Assembly: GCF_004010195.1 (NCBI RefSeq)
Contig: NC_057719.1
Coordinates: forward strand, 2,553,504 to 2,594,149
Origin: Chiloscyllium plagiosum
Taxonomy: Eukaryota
Direction: 5' to 3'
Length of the DNA: 40,646 nt
Shown here: positions 22,996 through 35,709 of the stretch, piece after piece
Position numbering within the stretch: position 1 is the stretch's first letter
How the letters are laid out: the number at the start of each line of letters is the position of its first letter
The notes under the pieces: model-generated
Seen by the model: only the letters and a program-made list of their open reading frames with translations
Told to the model about the DNA's origin: nothing
Databases searched by the model: none
Made by a program: the position numbers and the translations under genes

Positions 22996-24657
22996 AGAGT
23001 CATAGAGAAGCACAGAACGGAAACAGACCCTTCGGTCCACCTCATCCATGCCAACCAGATATCCTAAACTAATCTAATCCCACTTGCCAGCACTTAGCCT
23101 GTATTCCTCTAACCCCTTCCTATTCATACACTCATTAAGATGCCTTTTAAATGCTGTAATTGTACCAGCCTCCACCACTTCCTCTGGCAGCTCATTCCAT
23201 ACACGTACCACCCATAGTGTGAAAACGTTGCTCCTCAGGTTCCTTTTAAATGTTTCCCTTCTCACCTTAAATCCCCAGGACCTCATCAAGTGTACCCGAG
23301 AACTCTGTGGGAAGCTAGAGAAGTGATTACTAGGCCTCTTGCTGAGATGTTTGTATCATCGATAGTCACAGGTGAGGTGCCGGAAGACTGGAGGTTGGCA
23401 AATATGATGCCACTGTTTAAGAAGGGTGGTAAGGATAAGCCAAGGAACTATAGACCGGTGAGCCTGACCTCGGTGGTGGGCAAGTTGTTGGAGGGAATCC
23501 TGAGGGACTGGATACACATGTATTTGGAAAGGCAAGGACTGATTCGGGATAGTCAACATGGCTTTGTGCACGGGAAATCATGTCTCACAAACTTGATTGA
23601 GTTTTTTGAAGAAGTAACAAAGAAGATTGATGAGGGCACAGCAGTAGATGTGATCTATATGGACTTCAGTAAGGTGTTCGACATGGTTCCCCATGGGAGA
23701 CTGATTAGCAAGGTTAGATCTCATGGNNNNNNNNNNNNNNNNNNNNNNNNNNNNNNNNNNNNNNNNNNNNNNNNNNNNNNNNNNNNNNNNNNNNNNNNNN
23801 NNNNNNNNNNNNNNNNNNNNNNNNNNNNNNNNNNNNNNNNNNNNNNNNNNNNNNNNNNNNNNNNNNNNNNNNNNNNNNNNNNNNNNNNNNNNNNNNNNNN
23901 NNNNNNNNNNNNNNNNNNNNNNNNNNNNNNNNNNNNNNNNNNNNNNNNNNNNNNNNNNNNNNNNNNNNNNNNNNNNNNNNNNNNNNNNNNNNNNNNNNNN
24001 NNNNNNNNNNNNNNNNNNNNNNNNNNNNNNNNNNNNNNNNNNNNNNNNNNNNNNNNNNNNNNNNNNNNNNNNNNNNNNNNNNNNNNNNNNNNNNNNNNNN
24101 NNNNNNNNNNNNNNNNNNNNNNNNNNNNNNNNNNNNNNNNNNNNNNNNNNNNNNNNNNNNNNNNNNNNNNNNNNNNNNNNNNNNNNNNNNNNNNNNNNNN
24201 NNNNNNNNNNNNNNNNNNNNNNNNNNNNNNNNNNNNNNNNNNNNNNNNNNNNNNNNNNNNNNNNNNNNNNNNNNNNNNNNNNNNNNNNNNNNNNNNNNGT
24301 ACGTGTATGGAATGAGCTGCCAGAGGAAGTGGTGGAGGCTGGTACAATTGCAACATTTAAGAGGCATTTGGATGGGTATATGAATAGGAAGGGTTTGGAG
24401 GGAGCTGGCAGGTGGGAATAGATTGGGTTAGGATATCTGGTCTGCATGGATGGGTTGGACTGAAGGGTCTGTTTCCATGCTGTATGTCTCTATGACTCTA
24501 TGACTCTAGTTCTGGACTCCCCCACCCCAGGGAAAAGATTTTGTCTGTTTATCCTATCCATGCTCCTCATAATTTTATAAACTTCTATAAGGTCACCCCT
24601 CAGCCTCCAATGCTCCAGGGAAAACAGCCCCAGCTTATTCAGCCTTTCCCTATAGCT
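22996..24657 (-). mobile_element. CR1 3' fragment split by an antisense CR1 insertion
   Basis: 24506-24657 (SYRERLNKLGLFSLE...GESRTR) continues in CR1 order into 23270-22996 (FKVRRE...WNELPE). Confidence 0.85.
23271..24506 (+). mobile_element. 5'-truncated CR1 (RT) with an internal gap
   Basis: VPEDWRLAN, NYRPVSLTSVVGKLLE, SQHGF, DFSKVFD and a (CTATGACT)n tail. Confidence 0.93.
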
Positions 24658-24984
24658 GGAGAGAAAGTGAAGGAGCGTGAGCATTGGGTAAGGAGAGAGG
24701 TAAGAAAAGGCCTTAAGTATTGTCAGCAGAGCAAGATGAGCTGATTGGTGAGGTGGAGAGTGGTTTCTTTTGTTGAAACCAGGAATAAATGTTAACATTG
24801 TTTTTGATAAATTCAGTTATTGTTCAGTGGAGCAAGACAGAGCACGGCAGTGCAGTCCCAGCACATGTACATCCTGCAGCATGTGGGAGCTCAACAACAA
24901 ATGTTTTTATCCTGGAGAATGGATTTGCAGCACACATTACCATGATGTATTGTGACTCTGAGAACCTGGTAGGGAGCACAATGT

Positions 24985-25400
24985 GGTGACTAACTAGAGA
25001 GAGGCTGCAGAGGAGACCTACAAGGATGTCGTAATGGAATGTAGCTATGATGAGAGATTAGATAGGAGGGAGCTTGCTTTCAGGAGACCGAGAGATTTAA
25101 TTCAGATGTCTGAAGTTATGAGAGGCTAGAACAAAGTGAATTGGAAGGATTTTTTTTTTAAGCAGAGGTCAATAAGCAGGAATTACAGATTTAAAGTAAT
25201 TTAGAGGAGGATTAGAGGGGGTTGGAGTTCATTACCAAAAGGGTGGTAGACATAGAAGTCTTTACTGCATTTTTAAACATATTTGGAAAAGGAATGTGTT
25301 GTCACTTCCAGCACTATGGGGTTAGGCCTGCTGGCTCTGGATGGAATACATACAGTGGGACAAATGGGTCTTCCTTTGCGCTACAGTTCTCCTATGAAAG
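24985..25400 (+). mobile_element. Old CR1 3' fragment
   Basis: Degenerate LERLQRR...SYDERLDR...KVMRGL similarity. Confidence 0.6.
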
Positions 25401-25744
25401 GATAAAGGCCTCTGTTTGAAAGTCCTTTACTCCTACATTACAGCGATGTTTAATGAAGTATTTCAGTTTCTGGAAAGCACCTTTTCTGACATCCCTGAAC
25501 CATGAGGTTATAGAAATCCGCGTTATTAGTGCACAGTCGATACTGCACCACCAGATGTCCTCACTGTGCTTTGCAAACCTTGTTGCAAGAGACCAATAGG
25601 GGAAACAGCAGAAGGGAAACAAATGGTGGAGATCAGAAACAAAAGATATGCTTGTCAATCTTCTAAGTTATCTGGTTCCTCCTTTTAACAGCAGATAGCC
25701 CATTTGTGCTCTTCAGTGTTAAATGATCTTTCTTCCTCCAATAA

Positions 25745-26160
25745 AAGTAAAATGTGCAGATGCTGGAAATTTGAAATGAAGACAGGAAGTGCTGCAGAAA
25801 CTCAGGAGGTCCGTGGAGAGAAAAATAATGTTTTGAGTCTGGTATGACTCACATATTGTCCTCCCCTCCCCTGTCAACGTTCCATGGGGACCACTCCCTC
25901 CTTGGCTCTGGTCCACTCTCCCATCACTCCTCACTTCCTCACTCTCCCACGACACTTTCCCATATAATTCCAGGTGTAACACTTGCCCATTCAGCTCCCC
26001 CCTCCTCTCTGTCCAAGGCCCTAAACACACCTTCCAGGTGAAGCAGCACTTTACCTGCTCTCCACACTATCTAGTCTACTGCATTCGCTGCTTATAAGGT
26101 GGTCTCCTCTACACTGGCAACGTGACTAGGTGACTGCTTTTTGGAATACCTCTGCCTTGA
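25745..26160. mobile_element. Degraded PLE: inverted terminal repeat plus plus-strand GIY-YIG relic
   Basis: LVYCIRCL*GGLLYTG at about 26070-26118 and TGCAGATGCTGGAAAT repeat at 25755. Confidence 0.7.
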
Positions 26161-26710
26161 CCATAGGAATCTAAGAACTAGGAAAGGAATAGGCCATTCA
26201 GCCCTTAGAGCCCATTCTACCATTTAATACGATCATGGCTGATTGTATTCTGGTCTGAACTGCACTCTCCTGCCTGTCCCCCTTAGCCCTTCATCCAGCT
26301 TTTCATCAGAAAAGCATCTATTTCTTTCTGGAATCTGTTGGTTGACTCTCCCCCCACTGCACTCTGGGGCAGTGAGTTCCACAGATTCCCAACCCTCTGA
26401 GAGATGGAGTTTGAACCTACCTCCTCCCGCTCTGCACCTATGACCTGTTGTTTGAGTCTGTGCGACAAGGCGATGGATCTGTTCCACATCCACCTGATCA
26501 ATCCTCTCAGCATTTTGTATACCTCGATCAGATTCTCTCTCACTTTTCTGAACTCCAGCGAGTACAAACTCAAGCTATTTACTTGCTCCTCGTACGATGG
26601 CCCTTTCATTCCTGGAATCGAACTGGTGAACCTCCTCTGAGCTGCCTCCACATTCTTCCTCAAGTAAGGAGACCAAAACTGGACACAGTACTCAGGTTTG
26701 GTCACACTAA
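26161..26710 (-). mobile_element. CR1 3' fragment
   Basis: PEYCVQFWSPYLRK...AQRRFT...LWNSLPQ. Confidence 0.9.
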
Positions 26711-26714
26711 TGTT

Positions 26715-27060
26715 GAAAAGTGTGGTGCTGGAAAAGCACAGCTGGTTAGGCAGCATCTGAGGAGCAGGAGAATCGACGTTTCAAGCAAAAGCACTTCTTC
26801 AGGAATGTTGCAGGGTGGAGGTGAAAGAGAGCAGAGAGATAAATAGGAGGGTGGGGGGGTGGAGCTGGGGGGGAAGGTGCCTTGGAAGGTGATAGGTCGA
26901 TGGAGAAAGTGTGAACTGCAGATGCTGGAGATCAGAGTCGAGAGTGTGTTCCTGGAAAAGCACAGCAGGTCAGGCAGCATCCAAGGAGCAGGAGAATCGA
27001 CATTTCGGGCATAAGCCCTTCATCAGGAATGAGGTTTGTTGGCCATGGGGGCTGAGATAG
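26715..27060 (-). mobile_element. Two tandem PLE terminal repeats (family A), each with a hammerhead motif
   Basis: Repeat units at about 26720-26805 and 26945-27030. The second reads ATTC-CTGATGA-A-GGGC-TTAT-GCCC-GAAA-TGT-C-GAT. Confidence 0.85.
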
Positions 27061-27315
27061 GTGGATGGAGGTGGTCTCACCAATGCCTGATATAATTGTA
27101 ACAACACTGTCTGTATTTAGGTACAAGGCTTTTAAATAGGTTCTACTGATTTGTCTTTTAATATTTTCTTGTGCACTACACTTTCCACAATCTTCAGCCT
27201 TAGTTATTAGTTTCTGAGCCTCATTGCTTTCATTTACTCCAAATTTCAACTCACACTTTGATCTTTTATGATTCCTTCCCTCACCATGGTGTTTAGACTG
27301 GCCTTGCCTAGCCTA

Positions 27316-27945
27316 CAAATGGACCCCACAACCAGGGATATATTTCCCTCCCCACCCCTATCTGCTTTCTGCAAAGAGCTTTCCCTCTGTGACTACCTGG
27401 TCAGGTCCACGCCCCCCAACAACCCACCCTCCCATCCTGGCACCTTCACCCGGCGACTGCAGGAATTGCAAAACCTACGCCCACACCTCCTCCCTCACCT
27501 CTATCCAATGCCCTAAAGGAGCCTTCCACATCCATCAAAGTTTCACCTGCACATCCACCAATGTCATTTATTGTATCCGTTGCTCCCAATGCAGTCTCCT
27601 CTACATTGGGGAGACTGGATGCCTCCTCGCAGAGCGCTTTAGGGAACATCTCTGGGACACCCGCACCAATCAACCACACCGCCCTGTGGNNNNNNNNNNN
27701 NNNNNNNNNNNNNNNNNNNNNNNNNNNNNNNNNNNNNNNNNNNNNNNNNNNNNNNNNNNNNNNNNNNNNNNNNNNNNNNNNNNNNNNNNNNNNNTCCCCA
27801 GCCCCACCCCCCCTCCCATTTATCTCTCCACCCCCGAGGCTCCCAGCCTCATTCCTGACGAAGGGCTCCTCCCTGAAATATCGATTCTCCTGCTCATCGG
27901 ATGCTGCCTGACCCGCTGTGCTTTTCCAGCACCACTCTAATCTTG
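27316..27945 (+). mobile_element. Penelope-like element 3' part (GIY-YIG endonuclease plus terminal repeat)
   Basis: CRNCKT...FTCTSTNVIYCIRCSQCSLLYIGETGCLLAERFREH. Hammerhead-like CTGACGA...GAAATATC at 27855-27882. Confidence 0.92.
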
Positions 27946-28049
27946 CCTATTAACCTACTAACCTTTATCTTCTGGTCACATGCTGACCTGGTGCTTTGGT
28001 TCCCACTCCCTTGCCTTATCAGATTAAATCCATTGGGATGACCCTCACT

Positions 28050-28480
28050 TCGCAGCTGCTTACTATTTCAATGTACAATCTAAGTCCCGTGCTAACATTG
28101 GAGTCCTCCACCTTCTGCAATGTTCCAAGGAACCTCAGTCCAATCTGGATGAACAGCATCTCATTTCAGCTGAGGTACTTTACTGAATTCAGGACTTAGC
28201 ATTGAATGGAACAACTTCAGAGTCTGACCGCTGTACTCATTATTTTTCCATTACTCACTCTACCACAACTATGTCTTGTTGGCTTCCCTCTCTGCACAGT
28301 GAACCTATTTTCTACTTTTCACACCTTCACCTCGATCTATTTTCTGCATCTATCACCTCTTTACCAGCAGCATAGCAGCCTTTGTCTTTTGTATCTTTCA
28401 GTATCTGTTCCATTCGCTGTCCCTCTCCCTCTTCCATTTGCATAAAAACTGTAAATTTCTAGATGCTTTCGGTTCTAAAG
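28050..28480 (+). mobile_element. Old PLE C-terminus and pyrimidine-rich terminal repeat
   Basis: DEQHLI...GTL...SGLSIEWNNF (resembles EQHLIFRLGTLQPxGLNIEFNNF). Confidence 0.55.
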
Positions 28481-28759
28481 AAGAATCTTTCCTGTGCCTG
28501 TTAAGCCCTTCACCCCTAATGTACACAAAAATGACGCAGTTTTAGAGACCCCACTCTTTTTTCATCTCCATTTTCATCTCTACGTTATGAGGGCTATAAC
28601 TTCTCTCCAGGCACAAAGCAAAGGAAAATCCTAGAATGTTACTGCCCAGAATGAGGTCATTCGGCCCATCATACCTCTGCTAGCTCCTTGAGAAGGATAT
28701 CCAACTTAGTACTATATCTCTTGTCCTTCTTTACTGATTATTATTATGTTTGTGTTGTA

Positions 28760-29537
28760 ATGAGAGGCTGAATAGTTTGGGACTTTTGCTCCCTGGAGTG
28801 TAGGAGACTGAGAAGTGACCTTATACAGGTCTATAAAATCAGGAGAGGCATAGATTAGGTAAATAAGCTAGCAGCTATTGGGTTGCATGGTGGCTCAGTG
28901 CTGCCACACAACGCTAGGGACCCAGGTTCGATTCCAGCCTCAGGCGACTGACTGTGTGGAGTTTGCACATTCTCCCCGTGTCTGCGTGGGTTTCCTCCGG
29001 GTGCTCCGGTTTCCTCCCACAGTCCAAAGATGTACAGGTTAGGTGAATTGGCCAGGCTAAAATTGTCCATAGTGTTCAGGGATATGTAGGTTAGGTGCAT
29101 TAGCCAGGGGTAAATGTAGGGGAATGGGTTTGAGTGGGATACTGTATGGAGGGTTGGTGTGGACCTGTTGAGCTGAATGGCCTATTTCCACACTATAGGG
29201 ATTCTATGATCTACTCTAGCTTTTCCCATGGTAGGGGAGTCTAAAACTAGAGGGCAGGTTTAAAGTGAGAGGGGAGAGATACAAAAGGGTCCAAAAGGCA
29301 ATTTTTGTCCACATAAGGAGTGCTGAGTGTGTGGGACAGGCTGCCTGGGGCAGTGGTGGAGGCGAATACTATGTTGTCATTCAAAAAACATTTGGACAGG
29401 TACAAGGATACAGGGGTCGGTATGGAGGGATATGGACCAAACACAAGCCAATGGGACTAGACTTATTGTGAAAACTGGGTGGCATGGACAAGTTGGGCTG
29501 AAGGGCTTGTTTCCATGCTGTAATCCGTTATGACTAT
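28760..29537 (+). mobile_element. CR1 3' fragment interrupted by an HE1 SINE
   Basis: ERLNSLGL...VYKIRRGID before the SINE and VGESKTRG...RGERYK after it. Confidence 0.85.
28886..29210 (+). mobile_element. HE1-type V-SINE
   Basis: B box GGTTCGATTCC, V-domain, CR1-like tail. Confidence 0.9.
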
Positions 29538-29543
29538 AAAAGG

Positions 29544-29841
29544 GTGACACGGTGGCTCAGTGGTTAGCACTGCTGCCTCACAGCACCAGGAACCTGGCTT
29601 TGAATCCAGCCTCAGGCGACCGTCTGTGTGGATTTTGCGCATTCTCTCTCTGTGTCTGTGTTGGTTTCTTCCCACAATCCAAAGATGTGCAGGTCAGGTG
29701 AATTGGCCATGCTAAGTTGTCCACAGTGTTAGGCGTATTAGTCAGAGGGGAATGGGTCTGGGTGGGTTACTCTTCAGAGGATCAGTGTGGACTGGTTGGG
29801 CCAAAGGGCCTGTTTTCACACTGCAGGGAATCTAATCTAAA
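29544..29841 (+). mobile_element. HE1-type V-SINE
   Basis: A box TGGCTCAGTGG, V-domain, ATCTAATCTAA tail. Confidence 0.9.
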
Positions 29842-29904
29842 TTATCGATCTGATTTTGATCTAATCAACTTTTGGAAGTCATTGCTGAAACAGCCTCAGT
29901 CGAT

Positions 29905-30008
29905 GAAGGAACAGACCCAGAGCGATGGAGTTGACTCTTGACGACCCACTGAGATGGGCAATAAATTCTGGCCGAGCCAATGGTGCCCTCAGCCTGTGAA
30001 TGAATTAC
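29905..30008 (+). mobile_element. 3' end of a SINE with a CR1/L2-type tail
   Basis: GTTGACTCTTGAC...GGGCAATAAAT...TGAATGAAT. Tail is shared with 31630-31690. Confidence 0.55.
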
Positions 30009-30736
30009 AAAAGATCACCAGTGAGATGCAGCCTTCAGACTTCAAGAGGACGAGACAGAGACTATTGGACTTCTTCACTGTTTTGAGGTTGGCTGATTGA
30101 CCAGTGAGAAAGCAGCCCGTTACACAGGCATTAAAAAGTTGAATTGAAAGCAGCATATTATTGCCATCCCTTAAAGATACAGTGGCTGCAAGAAAATAAT
30201 GCTCAGCAAAATGTTTGCTTGAGATAATGGAGCTGTTACCGCGAAACCACGTATCTCTCCCCGGTGTTTTATTCTGGCACCAAAAAGATGTCGTCATTGG
30301 AGGCAGAGCAGGAGAGATTTGCTCAAATTATATGAGAGGGGTGAAGGAAATTCAGTTCAGTGAAGAAACTGGGGAAGTTGGGCTTGCTGTCTCTGAAGCA
30401 GAGTGTTGAAGGGAGATACAATAGAGGGGTTCAAAATCAAAGGGGTTTGCATGAACAGCAGGGATAGTAACCAGGATACACAGACTTAAGGTGAAGTGCT
30501 AAAGGACTGGGGGTGGGACATTTTCTGCAACAAAGTGGGTTGTTGTTTGGAGCGCTGAGTTTGAAAGGTGGGAACAGTCTCAACGGTAACTTTCAAAAAG
30601 GAAATAATTAATTACTTCAAGGGAAAACAATTACAATGTTGTGGGGAACTTGTAGGGCAAAGGGACTAATTGGAAACCTGTTATGATGTGGTAATCCAGA
30701 CGACCATTTACTGCATCATTTATAAATGAGCAGATC

Positions 30737-31418
30737 ATTGAACATAGAGTCCTACACACACAGACAGGCCCTTTGGCCCAAACAGGTCCATGCTGACCAA
30801 AATGTCCGCCCACGCTAATCCCATTTCCCTGCACTTGGCCCATACCCTTCTAGTCCTTTCCTATCCATGTATTTGTCCAAATGTCTTTTAAATGTTGTTA
30901 ATATACCCACCTCAACCACTTCCACTGGCAGCTCATTCCATATGCGTACCACCCTCTGTGTAAAAGAGTTGCCCCATAGATTCCCTTTTATTCTTTCCCC
31001 TCTGCTGAGTGAGGAACCTACCCCTAACTTCAGTCCTATATCTACCCCCCCTTAATTTTAAGCTATGCCCCCTTGTAATACCCCCCTCCATACGCGGGAA
31101 AAGGTTCACACTGTCAGCCCTATCTAACCCCCTAATCATCTTGTACACCTCAATCAAGTCACCCCTAAACCTTCTTTTCTCTAATGAAAACAGCCCCAAG
31201 TGTCTCAGTCTTTCCTCATACGATCTTCCTTCCATACCAGGCAACATCCTGGTAAACCTCCTCTGCACCCGTTCCAGTGCCTCCACATCCTTCCTATAGT
31301 ATGGCGACCAAAACTGCACACAATACTCCAGATGTGGCCGCACCAGAGTCTTATACAACTGCAACATGACCTCAGGACTCCGGAACTCAATTCCTCTACC
31401 AATAAAAGCCAGTATGCC
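30737..31418 (-). mobile_element. Two abutting CR1 3' fragments
   Basis: GILAFIGRGIEFRSPEVMLQLYKTLVRPHLEYCVQFWSP. The region near the FFTQR motif appears twice around 31000. Confidence 0.9.
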
Positions 31419-31499
31419 ATATCTAATGGGGATATGAAATGACGAGGACCATTTTCCTCCCCTCCAAGGTAAGGTTTGAAATCTTTGCAGTTTGAACAA

Positions 31500-31690
31500 T
31501 GTGATTCTTCCTTCAGTGTGACTGGGTCAAAATCCTGGAATTCCCACCCTGAGTGCCTTGTGGGCCAACCTACAGCACATGGACTGCAGTGATTTAAGAA
31601 GGCAGCTCACCCCACCCAAGGGACAACTTGAGACGGGCAATAAATGGTGAGCCCAACCAGTGTTGGCCATGTCCCATGATTGAATAAGCA
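31500..31690 (+). mobile_element. CR1/L2-clade LINE 3' end
   Basis: SFSVTGSKSWNSHP...LQ*FKKAAH, then GGGCAATAAATG. Confidence 0.65.
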
Positions 31691-32332
31691 AAAGGACAAT
31701 GAATGCTTTGACTTAAAGATAACATGAACAAATGAATAAGGAGCAGGATTATACCATTGGTGCTCCAGCCTGCTCCACCATGCATGCAACCATAGACCTG
31801 TTTCCATTTCTTTCCTTAACAAAAATGTATCCACCTCTGTCTCAAAAAATATCCAATGGCTCAATCTCCACAGCCTTCTGAAGCAGAATTCCAAACTAGC
31901 ACAACCCTCTGACAGAGAAAAGAAGTTCTCAGTATCTCTGTCCTAAAAGCAAGGCCCCGAATTTTTAACGAGCGTTTCTTATTTTTGGACTCACCTACAC
32001 GATGGAGGATCATTGTGGTGCCCACCTTAAGGAGACCATCCAGGGTCTCCGATGTCCGAAGGAAAGTTGGACTAGACCTGAAACATTAGCCTTGTTGTTC
32101 TACAGAGGCTGCCAGACCTGCTCAATCCTGCCAGCAATCTGTGTTTATTTCAGATTTACAGAAAAAGCAGCATTTGGCTTCCATTCAGGGTCTTATACAA
32201 TTACACACTTAATATGCACTTATATACTGAATCTTATCAAGTTACCTCTCAGACTCCTCTAAACTCCATATGAAAGAAACCCAGCTTGTCCAGCATTTTG
32301 TCAGAAGACAGTGTCAAGCAGCTGACCAGATG

Positions 32333-32642
32333 AGATTAGATTCCCTACAGTGTGAAAACAAGCCATTTGGCCCAACAAGTCCACACTGACTCTCCGAAGA
32401 GTAACACACCCAGACCTATTTCCCTCTGACTAATGCATCTAACATTATGGGCATTTTGGAATGGCCAATTCACCTGACCTCCATATCTTTGGACTGTGGG
32501 AGGAAACCGGAGCACCCAGAGGAAACCCACACAGACACGGGGAGAATGTGCAAACTCCACACAGACAGTCGCCTGAGGCTGGAATCGAACCTGGGTCCCT
32601 GCCACTGTGAGGCAGCAGTGTCAACCACCAAGTCACTGTGCC
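32333..32642 (-). mobile_element. HE1-type V-SINE
   Basis: Reverse complement of the 34975 copy. Confidence 0.9.
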
Positions 32643-32689
32643 GACCAAAATAACAGCTTTCTGGGCAGCACCACACCTTCAAACCTCTC

Positions 32690-33285
32690 CCTCCACCTAG
32701 CCCTACAGCCACACTGCACTGTCCCATGCAACAGCAGAAGGTGTAACACCTGTCCCTTTACCTCACCCCTCCTCACTATCCAAGGCCCCAGGCACACCTT
32801 CCAGCTGAAGTAGTGCTTTTCCTGCCCTCCACATCATCTAGTCCACTGCATTCGCTGCTCACAATGTGGTCTCCTCTACACTGGGGAAACAAAGCGTAGA
32901 CTGGCTGCAAAACAGACCCTGAGCTTCCAGCTACCTGCCTGTTAACGTCCCTCCCTGTTCCTGGCCAACATCAGGCTTGCTGCAGCGCTCTAGTGAAGCT
33001 CGGTACAAGCTGGAAGAATAGCACCTCATTTTTCCACTTGGGGACTCTGCAGCCTTCTGGAGCCAACACCAAGTTCAACAATTTTCAGGCCCCAGCTTTC
33101 CCAGGTCCTTACCCCAAACGTCACACACCAGCCCTTGTGATCCCATGGTCTGCTATTACATACAACAAGTTGCTAGTCACTAACCGTCCCCATTAATACT
33201 TATTCACCCTCCTTGCCTGATCTTTATTCACTCCTTTGTCTGTACAACTGTCTTCTCTCTCTTTGGGCTCTAACCCCACCTATCG
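32690..33285 (+). mobile_element. Degraded Penelope-like GIY-YIG region and terminal repeat
   Basis: PCNSRRCNTCPF...VHCIRCSQCGLLYTGETKRRL...HLGTLQPSGANTKFNNF. Confidence 0.85.
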
Positions 33286-34974
33286 ATAGAACATAGAACA
33301 TTACAGCACAATATAGGCCCTTCGGCCCTCGATGTTGTGCCGTGCTGTGAAACCAATCTGAAGCCCATCTATCCTACACTATTCCATTCTGGTCCATATG
33401 CCTATCCAATGACCATTTAAATGCCCTTAAAGTTGGTGAGTCTACTACTGTTGCAGGCAGGGCATTCCACACACTTACTACTCTCTGAATGAAGAAACTA
33501 CCTCTGATATATGTCCTATATCCATCACCCCTCAATTTAAAAGTATGTCCCCTTGTGTTAGCTATCACCATCTGAGGAAAAAGGCTCTCACTGTTCACCT
33601 GATCTAGCCCTCTGATTACGTTATATGTCACAACTAACTCACCTCTCAACCTTCTTCTCTCCAATGAAAACAGCCTCTGTTCCCTCAGCCTTTCTTTATA
33701 AGACCTTCCCGCCATAGCAGACAACACCCCAGTAAATCTCCTCTGGACCCTTTCCAAAGCTTCCACATCCTTCCTATAATGCGGTGAGCAGAGCTGTACA
33801 CAATACTCCTAGTGGGGCCGCATCAGAGTTTTGTACAGCTGCAGCATGACTTAATGGCTCCAAAACTCAATCCCTCTACCGATAAAAGCTAACTCACCAT
33901 ATGCCTTCTTAACAGTCCTATTAACCTGGATGGGAACTTTGAGAAATCTATGTACATGGACACCAACATCTCTCTGCTTATCTACATTGCCAATAATGTT
34001 ACCATTAGCCCAATACCCTGCATTCCTGTTACTCCTTCCAAGGTGAATCACCTCACACTTTTCCACATGAAACTCCATTTGCCATCTCTCAACACAGCTC
34101 TGCAGCTTATCTTTGTCCCTCTGTAACCTACCACATCCTCTGGCACTATCCACAACTCTACTGACTTTAATGTCATCCGCAAATTTACTAACCCATCTTT
34201 CTATGTCCTCATTTATGTCATTTAAGAAAATGACAAACATTAGTGGACCGAGAACAGATCCTTGCAGTACACTAGTAACTGAACTCTAGGGTGAATATTT
34301 CCCACCAACCACCCCTCTCTGTCTTCTTTCAGCTAGCCAATTTCTGATCCAAACCGCAACTCACTCTCAATTCCATGCCTCTGTATTTTGTCAATTAGCT
34401 AACCATGGGGAACCTTATCCATATACACCACATCAATCACTTAACCCTCATCTCAAAGAACTCAATAATGTTTGTGAGGCACGACCTACCCTTCACAAAA
34501 CCGTGCTGACTATCCCTAATCAACTTATTCCTCTCTAGATGATTATAAATCCTATCTCTTATAACATTTTCCAACACTTTACCTAAACCGAAGTAAGGCT
34601 CACTGGGCTATAATTACCAGGATTATCTCTACTCCCCTTCTTGAATAACATTTGCTATCCTCCAGTCTTCTGGCACTATTCCTATAGACAATGATGACAA
34701 AAAGATCTAAGCCAAAGGCTTGGCAATCTCCTCCCTGGCATCCCAGAGAATCCTAGGATAAATCCCATCTGGCCCAGGGGACTTATCTATTTTCACACTT
34801 TCCAAAATTGCTAACACCTCCTCCTTGGGAACCTCAATCCCACCTTGTCTAGTAGCCTGTTTCTCAGTATTCTCCTTGACAACTTCATCTTATTCCTCAG
34901 TGGATACTGATGAAAAATATTCATTTAGTGTTTCCCCAATCTCCTCTGACTCCACACACAACTTCCCACTACTG

Positions 34975-35292
34975 GGCGTAGTGGGACAGTGGCACAGTGG
35001 TTAGCACTGCTGCCTCATAGCGCCAGAGACCCGGGTTCAATTCCCGCCTCAGGCGACTGACTGTGTGGAGTTTGCACATTCTCCCCGTGTCTGCGTGGGT
35101 TTCCTCCGGGTGCTCCGGTTTCCTCCCACAGTCCAAAGATGTGCAGGTCAGGTGAATTGGCCATGCTAAATTGTCCGTAGTGTTAGGTAAGGGGTAAATG
35201 TAGGGGTATGGGTGGTTTGCGCTTCGACGGGTCGGTGTGGACTTGTTGGGCCGAAGGGCCTGTTTCCACACTGTAAAGTAATCTAATCTAAT
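34975..35292 (+). mobile_element. Near-intact HE1-type V-SINE
   Basis: A box TGGCACAGTGG, B box GGTTCAATTCC, V-domain, (TAATC)n tail. TSD CTACTG at 34969-34974 and 35293-35298. Confidence 0.95.
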
Positions 35293-35709
35293 CTACTGTC
35301 CTTGACTAACCCTAATCCTACTCTAGTCGTTCTTTTATCCCTGATATAACTATAGAAAGCTTTAGTGTTTTCCCTGATCCAATCTGACAGCAACATCTCA
35401 TGTCCCTTCCTCGCTCGTCTTAGCTCTCTGTTTAGGTTTTTCCTGGTTACCTTGTAACTCTCAAGCGCCCTAACTGAGCCTTCACATCTCTTCCTCACGT
35501 AAGCCATCTTCTTCCTCTTGACAAGAGATTCAATCTCCTTAGTAAACCACAGCTCCTGTGCTTGACAACTTCCTCCCTGCCTGACAGCTACATACTTATC
35601 AAGGACACGCAGTAGCTGTTCCTTGAATAAGATCCACATTTCAATTGTGCACATCCGCTGCAGTTTCCTTCCCCTTCCTATGTATCCTAAATCTTGCCTA
35701 ATCACATCA

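Noticed and set aside
9583..24447. Long ORFs containing runs of X
   Set aside because: They are artefacts of N gaps, not real reading frames.
34975..35050. tRNA gene
   Set aside because: The A/B boxes are the head of an HE1 SINE and continue into the V-domain and LINE-like tail.
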